A DNA stretch of 35,339 bases from Patescibacteria group bacterium (lineage in GTDB: Bacteria; Patescibacteriota; Microgenomatia; UBA8517): contig AP024680.1 of the NCBI GenBank assembly GCA_025999275.1, positions 750,522-785,860 on the forward strand, read 5' to 3'. Shown here piece after piece: positions 1 to 7,250 of this stretch. The translations under genes were made by a program, and so were the position numbers. Below the pieces are notes generated by a model. It was not told the origin of the DNA. It did no database searches and saw only the letters and a program-made list of their open reading frames with translations. Position 1 is the first letter of the stretch, and every line of letters starts with the position of its first letter.

Positions 1-38
1 CCCTATCCCTATCCCAATCACTATCTTTAGGCACTGAT

Positions 39-653
39 ATGGTAATTCAATCGCAATTAACAGCAGATAACCAACTAATAAATTCCATTAACACCCTCTC
101 TGCTCCACTTTCGATTCAATCTTTGGCTTTGGCGCCAGTTGAAATAATGGCTGGCAAAATTAGAATTGACACCAATGGCGATGTTTATATAGAAGGCAAC
201 CTTTATGTTGCCGGCCGTGTCGAATCCTCCGGCCTAACCATCAAGCCCAAAGCCGATGGGACAGGGTCCGACCCTGTCCGTATAGAAGATGAGGCGGGAA
301 ACTTGCAAGCCACCTTAACTGCAAGCGGATCAGCTCAGTTTAAAGAAGTTGCCTCTGATAAAATTGTTATTGCTGGAGCCTCGATTGCAAGTAATTCGGC
401 AAGTCTAATAAACGGCCAAATAGAAACTAACGCCACCGCCGGCTCTGGCATTTTGCCTGCAGGGCAAAAAGAAATTGCCATCATCTCCCCCGCTATTAAA
501 GCTGACTCTTTGGTTTATATTACCCCAACCTCTGATACCAAAAATTATGTTCTTTATGTAAAGTCAAAAGAAGACGGAAAAATGGTCGTTGGCTTCAACC
601 GAGCACTTGATATAGACGTTTCCTTTAATTGGTGGATAGTCCAAACAAAATAA
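39..653 (+). CDS. hypothetical protein (beta-strand-rich, Gly/Ala/Ser/Ile-rich, no signal peptide seen)
   Basis: 204-aa ORF in track. The ATG at 39 follows a CCCTATC-type heptamer-word tract (1-30), and the stop lies 7 nt before the next gene. No family recognised by eye. Confidence 0.5.
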   Translation: MVIQSQLTADNQLINSINTLSAPLSIQSLALAPVEIMAGKIRIDTNGDVYIEGNLYVAGRVESSGLTIKPKADGTGSDPVRIEDEAGNLQATLTASGSAQFKEVASDKIVIAGASIASNSASLINGQIETNATAGSGILPAGQKEIAIISPAIKADSLVYITPTSDTKNYVLYVKSKEDGKMVVGFNRALDIDVSFNWWIVQTK

Positions 654-660
654 AACTAAT

Positions 661-1257
661 ATGACAAATAAGACAGATAAGACCCATAAGACAAACCTGA
701 TCCCTCCACATGGTGGGTATAAAAACCTCGAAGCTTACAAAATGGCTGTCATAATTTCTGATGCCACAGCTTTCTTTTGCCGGAAGTGGATAGCCGATTT
801 AAAACAATCTGCACAAATGAACGGTGCTGCCCGCTCTGGTAAACAATGCTTAGTTGAAGGAAGTTTAAACTCTGGCACATCCAAAAAGCTAGAACTTAAA
901 CTTGTTGGAAATGCTCGTGGAAGTTATGGAGAACTGCTTGAGGATTTTGAGGATTTCTTAAGACAAAGAAAACTAGCCGTCTGGCAGAAAGATAACCCAC
1001 GCGCGCTTGCAATTAGAAGAATTGCGTATAAGCCTGATAAGTCTTATAAGACCTATGAGACATATATAGAAAACGAGAATCCGGAGATTGCTGCAAACAC
1101 GCTAATTTGTCTGATTAACCAAGAAAATTATCTACTAGACCGCCTTTTACACTCGCTTGAAAAAGATTTTCTTGAAAAAGGCGGCTTTACTGAAAGGCTT
1201 TACCTTAAAAGAAAGGAATATAAGACACATAAGACAAATACAACTAATAGTAAATAG
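661..1257 (+). CDS. four-helix-bundle protein (23S rRNA intervening-sequence protein / Avd-like family with C-terminal suffix extension)
   Basis: 198 aa. IPPHGGYKNLEAYKMAVIISDATAFFCRKW and GSYGELLEDFEDFLRQRKL match my memory of four-helix-bundle (suffix-domain) proteins. No search run. Confidence 0.65.
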   Translation: MTNKTDKTHKTNLIPPHGGYKNLEAYKMAVIISDATAFFCRKWIADLKQSAQMNGAARSGKQCLVEGSLNSGTSKKLELKLVGNARGSYGELLEDFEDFLRQRKLAVWQKDNPRALAIRRIAYKPDKSYKTYETYIENENPEIAANTLICLINQENYLLDRLLHSLEKDFLEKGGFTERLYLKRKEYKTHKTNTTNSK

Positions 1258-1325
1258 AAGTATATCAAAACATATATTTTTATATAAAGAATAATAGAAA
1301 TTTATCTTTTGTTCCAAAATGGGGA

Positions 1326-1354
1326 TTGACATACTATATGGAATAGTTAAGAAT
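1326..1354 (+). promoter_or_regulatory. sigma70-like promoter candidate TTGACA-17-AAGAAT upstream of 1368..3425
   Basis: Perfect -35 at 1326-1331 and a weak -10. This conflicts with use of the AAGGG SD at 1356-1360, so confidence is low. Confidence 0.3.
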
Positions 1355-1367
1355 AAAGGGAATTAAA

Positions 1368-3425
1368 ATGGAAAAAAGTCTAAAAACAATTGAAAAATAT
1401 TTAATCTTTTTAGCAGCTTTGATCTCTCCTATTTTGGTATTGCCTATATTTCCTGACTCCTACAACACCCCCAAACTTGCTTTCCTCTCGGCAGTGGTAG
1501 CAATTTTAATCTTAGTTAAATCCGCTCAAATCATTGCCAACCAAAAACTGGAGGTAAACCTAAGTTCACCTGATTTGCCTGTTTTCCTTGTAGCTCTCTC
1601 ATATCTAACTTCAGGAATCTTCAAAACCCCTAACAAAATGGAAGCCTTCTTTTTACCAGGAACAGCAACTTTAATAATCGCCCTTTTGCTTTTCTACTTC
1701 CTCGTCAATCAAAACGAAGGCGGTAAAAAACTTATTTCACAAGGACTAATAATCTCAAGTGTGATTACATCTTTAATTTCTTTGACCACTCTTTTTGGCT
1801 TAAATCAAAAGCTTGCGTTTCTGCCTGAATTTGCAAAAGCTGAAGGCTTTTCACCAGTCGGAGGAAGTTTTCTGACATTTATTTTCCTTGTTACCACCAT
1901 TCCATTTGCTCTTGATATAATTATCAAAGAGGAAAAAATTTTCAAAAAAACTATTTGGGCTATTTCTCTTCTTACAATTACCGCTGCTACTGGCGCTAAC
2001 CTTTATCAAATTCTCCCAGGCAAAAAATTCGAGCCCAAAATGCCACCAACACAGATTTCTTGGAGTATTGCTGTTGATGCCATAAAAGATTCGCCTATAT
2101 TTGGCGCGGGACCAGGAAACTATCTAACCGCATTTAACCGCTTCCGCCCCCTACCTTACAATTCCCTTGATTTCTGGCAGATAAAATTCACCAACTCTCA
2201 AAACTTTTTCCTTCAAGTTATTACTGAAACAGGACTTTTGGGACTGCTTGCAATTGTTATTTTAGGAATTGCTTTGGTAAAAATTATTACCACACAAAAA
2301 ACAAAAACCGAAAGTAACGAAGAATTTGAATTTGATTTCCTAAAAATTGGCCTTGTTATCTCAACTTTAGCTTTATTTTTCTCCGGCCCATATCTTACTC
2401 CCCTTCTTGTTTTCTTTGCCTATTTGAGCCTAAACGCAAAAACTAAAAAAGTTATCTTCAACTTTGAGGCTGTTCAAAAAGAACAAAGGCAAACTTCAAT
2501 TATGGCCTCTCTGCTTGTCAGCCTGCCTCTTATCATTGGCGCTTTGGTCTTTTTATACTTTGGCGCCAAAGTTGTCTCAGCTGAATACACATTCAAACAG
2601 GCGCTTGACGCTGTCAATAAAAATGACGGCAACGCCGCTTTTCAGAATATGGCCAAAGCCATTCAAAAAAATCCCAAAGTTGACAGGTACCATACTTCTT
2701 TTGCTCAATTAAATTTCCTTATCGCTCAAAACATAGCTCAGGTAAAAGAAGGAGAGAAAATTACGGACGAGCAAAGAAACGCCATCAGCCAATTGATTCA
2801 ACAGGCAATTACAGAAGGCAAATCTGCCGTTTCTTTAAATATCCAAAGAGCCGACAACTGGGAGCTTCTTGGAAACCTCTATAAACAAATTATGGCCTTC
2901 TCTCAAGGCGCAGACCAATTCGCAATTCAAGCGCTAAGCCAAGCAGTAGCCCTAGATCCCGTCAACCCCGCTTTGAGAGTTTCTTTAGGAGGAGTATATT
3001 TTGCTATCGGCGACTATGAGAACGCAATTGATACATTCAAACTGGCTGTTATTGCCAAGCCCGATTGGGCTAATTCTCGATACAATTTAGCTGTTGCATA
3101 CCGCGAAAAAGGCGAGACAGACAAAGCCTTAGCTGAATTTAACAACACTTTAAGTCTGCTTGAAAAAGACTCAAACGACTGGCAAATTGTTAAAAAAGAG
3201 CTAGAAGATTTACAAGCTAAAAAGGAAGCTGGTAAAAAAGAATCGGAAAGTTCAGGTCAAACAAAGCCGGAGGAACTGACCCCGCCTCAAAAAACAGAAA
3301 AAGTAGTTGAGCCTCCGGTCAATTTACCTGAAGAAGCCGCTCCTCCTTCACCGGTTGCAACACCAACACCTGAAACCACACCAGAAACAACGTCCGTGCC
3401 TCAATCTAACCCATATACTCCGTAA
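1368..3425 (+). CDS. O-antigen-ligase/Wzy_C-like polytopic membrane protein fused to C-terminal TPR repeats and a Pro/Thr/Glu-rich tail
   Basis: 685 aa with many hydrophobic helices in residues 1-410. The loop motif DSPIFGAGPGNYLTAF is typical of the O-antigen ligase family. TPR-like repeats are present (NWELLGNLY, ALDPVNP, NLAVAYREKGETDKA), followed by the tail PPVNLPEEAAPPSPVATPTPETTPETT. Confidence 0.6.
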   Translation: MEKSLKTIEKYLIFLAALISPILVLPIFPDSYNTPKLAFLSAVVAILILVKSAQIIANQKLEVNLSSPDLPVFLVALSYLTSGIFKTPNKMEAFFLPGTATLIIALLLFYFLVNQNEGGKKLISQGLIISSVITSLISLTTLFGLNQKLAFLPEFAKAEGFSPVGGSFLTFIFLVTTIPFALDIIIKEEKIFKKTIWAISLLTITAATGANLYQILPGKKFEPKMPPTQISWSIAVDAIKDSPIFGAGPGNYLTAFNRFRPLPYNSLDFWQIKFTNSQNFFLQVITETGLLGLLAIVILGIALVKIITTQKTKTESNEEFEFDFLKIGLVISTLALFFSGPYLTPLLVFFAYLSLNAKTKKVIFNFEAVQKEQRQTSIMASLLVSLPLIIGALVFLYFGAKVVSAEYTFKQALDAVNKNDGNAAFQNMAKAIQKNPKVDRYHTSFAQLNFLIAQNIAQVKEGEKITDEQRNAISQLIQQAITEGKSAVSLNIQRADNWELLGNLYKQIMAFSQGADQFAIQALSQAVALDPVNPALRVSLGGVYFAIGDYENAIDTFKLAVIAKPDWANSRYNLAVAYREKGETDKALAEFNNTLSLLEKDSNDWQIVKKELEDLQAKKEAGKKESESSGQTKPEELTPPQKTEKVVEPPVNLPEEAAPPSPVATPTPETTPETTSVPQSNPYTP

Positions 3426-3713
3426 GAATATCGGTTGACAAATTACGATTTAAGAATTATGAATTAAGGGGTATTAATTAGAGGAAGATTAAAGATGGTA
3501 GAAAGTAGTAAGCATTAAGGTAAGGGAACGTGAATTTAGGATTTAAGAATTACGGAGAAAGGTTATAGGGATGTAATTCACAATTCAAAACTCAAGGTTA
3601 AAAATTCCTGTATACCGCCAGGAAAGGATAAGAATAGTAGTGCAAAATTGCTTACTATTTCTAAGATTTACAGCCAAAAAGTCCATTTATGTTTGCTTTT
3701 CTGATTTTAAATT

Positions 3714-4826
3714 CTATCTCAGAACAGAAAATGGATTAAGATAGGTACCGGACTTAATCACTTCAAAATGAAGATGGGTACCTGTAGATCTGCCTGTTGA
3801 CCCCATTTTACCAATTGCCGAGCCTCTTGAAACAGTCTGACCAACTTTAACATAAATTGCCGAAAGATGAGCATACAAGGTTTTATAACCATTACCATGA
3901 TCTATCACAACCCTATTTCCATAACCATAATTATCAGGCCAGCCAGCAACTATAACCTTACCAGCATCAGCCGCCAAAACATCTGGAGCAGACTTATTGG
4001 CAATATCAATTCCTTTATGGTACCAGGAAAAACGCTGAGTTATGGTCCCAGCCGCTGGCCAGACAAAATTGCCAGAAGCAACAACAGTTCCAGCATCAGG
4101 AGTAATCTGACGAATTCTCTCAACCGGACCTGTTGGAGATTCAGCAGGCATAACCCCATCAGGAACTATAATTATCTGCCCAACTGCCAAGTCAAAAGTC
4201 TCATCATTGGTAAAAGTATTGTAAGGAAAATCAACTATAGCCTGCGGTGAAGCATCGTATTTTTTAGCAATAGAATACACTGTATCCCCTTTTTGAACCT
4301 TATGAGAAACACCTGTTACTGGCAAAATCTCAAGAGTTTGACCAGCTTTTATTTTCCCTTTTTTATCAAGTTTGTTTTGCCAACGGATAGTATCCTCTGA
4401 AACTCCAAACTTCTGAGCAATAGAGGAAATCGTATCTCCCTCAACTACAGTATACTCAATAATTTTCTCTCTTAACCTATCCGAGGCAATAGTCTCTGTT
4501 GCCGGTTCTTCAGTTGCCGCTGATAAAACAGCGCCGGGAGAAGAATAACTCCAAGGATCAACAGAACGACCTGGAAATTCGTTGGCAACAACAGGCGCCA
4601 TAAAAACACCAAGGGCAGCCAAAGATGCCATACCTGTGTGCATAAAACGACCTGCCAGCCTTCCCCTTTGTCGATAAAGAGCAGTAGCAAACACTTTTTT
4701 CCTAGACTCAAACCTGAAGAAAGAAAGACGAAGATTCTTAACTAAAAAACTGCCAAGTTCTCTTAAGAAAATCTTAATCTCCTCGGCAAGCTCAAGAAAC
4801 TGCTGTAGCGAATCTTCCATTAGCAA
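3714..4826 (-). CDS. LysM-LysM-M23 family peptidoglycan metallopeptidase, membrane anchored
   Basis: Two LysM motifs (YTVVEGDTISSIAQKFGV, HKVQKGDTVYSIAKKYDA) and M23 motifs (HKGIDIA, GYGNRVVIDHGNGYKTLYAHL, GSTGRSTGTHLHFEV). The track start is TTG, with an ATG two codons downstream. Confidence 0.9.
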   Translation of the reverse strand: MLMEDSLQQFLELAEEIKIFLRELGSFLVKNLRLSFFRFESRKKVFATALYRQRGRLAGRFMHTGMASLAALGVFMAPVVANEFPGRSVDPWSYSSPGAVLSAATEEPATETIASDRLREKIIEYTVVEGDTISSIAQKFGVSEDTIRWQNKLDKKGKIKAGQTLEILPVTGVSHKVQKGDTVYSIAKKYDASPQAIVDFPYNTFTNDETFDLAVGQIIIVPDGVMPAESPTGPVERIRQITPDAGTVVASGNFVWPAAGTITQRFSWYHKGIDIANKSAPDVLAADAGKVIVAGWPDNYGYGNRVVIDHGNGYKTLYAHLSAIYVKVGQTVSRGSAIGKMGSTGRSTGTHLHFEVIKSGTYLNPFSVLR

Positions 4827-4901
4827 GAAAACAAGTTATCATAAGAAAACCAAAAGGTCAACCCCGGCCTGTTAACTAATAAAGGCAAGGCAAGAGGCAA
4901 A

Positions 4902-4969
4902 AGGTGCCAAGCTAGTACACCCTAAGGGTGTCTCAGGTTGGCACCTTCCTTAAAAACAGCTTGACACCT
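4902..4969 (+). repeat. REP copy 1 (full: hairpin plus third arm)
   Basis: AAGGTGCCAAGCTagtACACCCTAAGGGTGTctcAGGTTGGCACCTTccttaaaaacAGCTTGACACC. Confidence 0.9.
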
Positions 4970-4980
4970 AACAGATCTAA

Positions 4981-5088
4981 GTCAAAAGGCAAAAGCTAAA
5001 ATTCAAAATTTAAAATTATTTAATTATCTAATAAAAATTTTGACTTTTAACTTGTAATTTTGAATTTTGAATTTTAATTTTTGAATTA
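4981..5088. repeat. AT-rich long imperfect palindrome module (GTCAAAAG / AATTCAAAA words), copy 1
   Basis: The left arm GTCAAAAGGCAAAAGCTAAAATTCAAAATTTAAAATTA is mirrored by TTTTGACTTTTAACTTGTAATTTTGAATTTTGAATTTT. It lies on the third-arm side of REP copy 1. Confidence 0.8.
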
Positions 5089-5204
5089 TTTTATTCATAA
5101 TTCTTGAATTCTAAATCCATATTCCTTCCCTTACTACTTACTACTATTTCCAATCTTCCCATACCCCATTCCCCATAATTCATAATTCTTAACTACACCA
5201 TTGC

Positions 5205-5322
5205 ATCCGTGTACTAGTCTACAAAACCGTCTGCCACTTCTAATTACTATCAATACATCGATTTATTGATAGTTGTCTATAGTCTAGTTTAAAAGTATCA
5301 GTCAGATGCGAGGTTTCTATAC
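5205..5322 (+). repeat. conserved intergenic core, copy 1 (palindrome at 5247-5272 with one mismatch)
   Basis: ATCCGTGTACTAGTCTAC...ACTTCTAATTACTATCAATACATCGATTTATTGATAGTTGT. The first 81 nt align ungapped to 28028-28108 with about 10 mismatches (hand alignment). Confidence 0.8.
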
Positions 5323-5433
5323 TTTATACCCATAATTCATACCCCTTAATTCATAATTCTTAAATCATAAATCCCAATCCCCCCAACTATTACAGACTTG
5401 CTCTTAATCGACTTTATGGATTAAACTAGAAAT

Positions 5434-6021
5434 ATGGAAAAAAGTGGCCCAATTAAAAAAATAGCTCTAACAACAAGCCTTTGTATATTATCCTCCCTTC
5501 TTACCCTTCTTATATGCAAAAACTCCAATTCCTGTTCAAAAAAGGATCAAGATAAAACTTCCGCAGCAACACCAGTTGAGAACCAAAACCAAACTACAGT
5601 CAAAATTGAAAACGTAGAAGACATAGAAAAAGAACTTTCAGAAATTAAAGATGAACTGGCCAAAATTAGAGCTGAGCAAAGAGGGGTCAACCAGATCTTA
5701 GGCGCTGCCACTTCAGGCTCAATTAGTGATTTTATGGACGCTTTAAACAATCTCAAAGAGCAAACTTCCACCCCCTCCCCAACCTTAAGTAACTACCCAA
5801 ACGCCGTTGGGTATATCAAAATGGACTCTTCCCGCTTCATCACAGTTGATATTTATCAATCCGCAAGCTTCTCCTCAACTGTCATCGCACAAATGGAAAA
5901 AACAAGGAGTTATCCCTACTTTGAAAAAAAAGACAACTGGTATCAGATCGAGCTGCCAGACAAAAAAAGAGGTTATGTTAATGCTAAATTTGTAATTGAA
6001 GAGACAATTAGAACACCATAA
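5434..6021 (+). CDS. membrane-anchored/lipoprotein-like protein with C-terminal SH3b domain
   Basis: 195 aa. N-terminal hydrophobic segment ending LLICKNSNSC, a coiled stretch, then an SH3b-like C-terminus (GYIKMDSSRFITVDIYQSASFSS...DNWYQIELPDKKRGYVNAKFV). Confidence 0.6.
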   Translation: MEKSGPIKKIALTTSLCILSSLLTLLICKNSNSCSKKDQDKTSAATPVENQNQTTVKIENVEDIEKELSEIKDELAKIRAEQRGVNQILGAATSGSISDFMDALNNLKEQTSTPSPTLSNYPNAVGYIKMDSSRFITVDIYQSASFSSTVIAQMEKTRSYPYFEKKDNWYQIELPDKKRGYVNAKFVIEETIRTP

Positions 6022-6585
6022 ATGAAAAAGGAAATAGCTGCCCGAACATTTCTTCTTCTCTGTACCATTATGGCAACAATCGCCAGCATCAGTGGAGTTC
6101 TTAATATCAAAACAACCCAGGATTTAATCTTTCAAGTCCTTTTTCTCCCCGTCAGCCTGTTTTTCATCTTTGAAACAATCCAGGTCTTCTTTTTAAACAA
6201 AAAACCGCTTGCTGAAAGCCTCTTTTCAGGCAGAAAACCAATTCTTATATTTTCTTTATCGTTATTAATAATAGTAGTTGCCATAAAATCCCTAAATCTT
6301 ACCCGCCCCAAAGAAACAAAACTAGAAACAACGCCAATTCCTGTCCTTTCCCCCACCCCAACTCCCCAGCCAACCAATGATAATCTGCCCAAAATCACAA
6401 TTAAAACTAAAAACCCCCAAACCATTGTTAATTTAAGAGAAGCCCCTTCCACCAATTCAGAAATCATAGGCGGGCTAAAATCAGGGCAGGTATATTCTCT
6501 TATTGAAGAGAAAGGCGATTGGTACAATATTAAAATAGACGAAAATATCAAGGGTTGGGTTTATAAGGACTATATCCAAAAATGA
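6022..6585 (+). CDS. 2-TM anchored protein with Pro/Thr linker and C-terminal SH3b domain
   Basis: 187 aa that starts at the nucleotide after the upstream stop. SH3b-like motif: VNLREAPSTNSEIIGGLKSGQVYSLIEEKGDWYNIKIDENIKGWVYKDYI. Confidence 0.6.
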   Translation: MKKEIAARTFLLLCTIMATIASISGVLNIKTTQDLIFQVLFLPVSLFFIFETIQVFFLNKKPLAESLFSGRKPILIFSLSLLIIVVAIKSLNLTRPKETKLETTPIPVLSPTPTPQPTNDNLPKITIKTKNPQTIVNLREAPSTNSEIIGGLKSGQVYSLIEEKGDWYNIKIDENIKGWVYKDYIQK

Positions 6586-7211
6586 GAAAGACAATCATCT
6601 ATTACAGCTTTATTATCACCTTAATAATGGTGGCAGTGGGCTTTATCAGCGCCCAAAACACACCACAGCTTATCTCCTCTATCTTTTTCTTCCCGCTTGC
6701 TCTTTACTTTTCTTTGCTTGTCTTTCCCCAAAGAAAAAAGGCTATAGATTTGATTAATGTAAAAATCAGGCCACAAAAAGCCTCGGTTGTCAAAAAAGAA
6801 GAGGCTGTGGTTGAGGAAGGTGAGGTTGAAAAAATAGATATTGATAGAAGAGCTTTCTTAAAGATTATTGGTTCTGCCGGAATGAGCCTTTTTATGCTTG
6901 CCTTGTTTACCAAAAAGGCTGAAGCTGCATTCTTTGGCTCCGTTCCCGGCCCTGGGACTGTTGGAATTAAGAATGCAAGCGGCCAGCTTATCAACCCTGC
7001 TGAAAAGCAGCCTACAGATGGCTACAAGATAAGCAGAATCGACGATGGCACCCCAGCCTACTACGGATTTACAAACAAAGACGGCGAGTGGTTTATTATG
7101 AAAGAGGACTCAAGCGGCAATTACACCTATGCCGTTGGGTCGACTGATTTTGCCTCAAATTGGACCAACCGAGCTTCCCTTTCCTACGGTGAATATTTCG
7201 AAAAGTTCTAG
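6582..7211 (+). CDS. 2-TM anchored protein with an internal twin-arginine (Tat) signal-like segment and a beta-rich C-terminal domain
   Basis: 209 aa with an ATGA overlap to the upstream gene. Residues 86-116 (IDIDRRAFLKIIGSAGMSLFMLALFTKKAEA) match the S/T-R-R-x-F-L-K motif plus h-region plus AxA site. Confidence 0.6.
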   Translation: MRKTIIYYSFIITLIMVAVGFISAQNTPQLISSIFFFPLALYFSLLVFPQRKKAIDLINVKIRPQKASVVKKEEAVVEEGEVEKIDIDRRAFLKIIGSAGMSLFMLALFTKKAEAAFFGSVPGPGTVGIKNASGQLINPAEKQPTDGYKISRIDDGTPAYYGFTNKDGEWFIMKEDSSGNYTYAVGSTDFASNWTNRASLSYGEYFEKF

Positions 7212-7213
7212 GG

Positions 7214-7242
7214 TTGAAATAAACAAAAATAAAGAGTAATTT
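7214..7242 (+). promoter_or_regulatory. promoter candidate TTGAAA-17-TAATTT upstream of the Cache gene
   Basis: Hexamers and spacing counted by hand. The -10 ends 8 nt before the ATG. Confidence 0.3.
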
Positions 7243-7250
7243 TAAACAGT

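Noticed and set aside
39-1367. Diversity-generating retroelement: the Avd-like four-helix-bundle gene lies next to a possible target gene.
   Set aside because: There is no reverse transcriptase ORF in the window. I found no template/variable repeat pair matching the 3' end of 39..653. The 1258-1367 spacer is plain AT-rich DNA.
3867-4250. Antisense or embedded ORFs in the track: 1147..1332, 2464..2712, 3867..4250, 4472..4711, 5547..5771, 5807..5995, 6132..6551, 6704..6994, 8278..8478, 10066..10251, 12019..12267, 13651..14101, 16342..16641, 17076..17304, 18608..18841, 19240..19482, 19838..20071, 20260..20757, 20824..21141, 21179..21373, 21852..22345, 22787..23198, 24092..24277, 24518..24787, 26669..26869, 28915..29847, 30400..30672, 31114..31296, 31707..31937, 32921..33205 and 33492..33689.
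   Set aside because: Each lies inside or opposite a longer ORF with recognisable domains or coherent composition. Their sequences are low-complexity or Leu/Ser/Arg-rich, as expected of out-of-frame translation of AT-rich genes.
4795-4826. Possible 1-nt frame discrepancy near 4800/4801 in the first 9 codons of the LysM-M23 gene during my hand translation.
   Set aside because: The supplied ORF track reads through this point, so the discrepancy is most likely my own counting error. No frameshift or pseudogene is called. If it were real, the start would simply move to a downstream Met.
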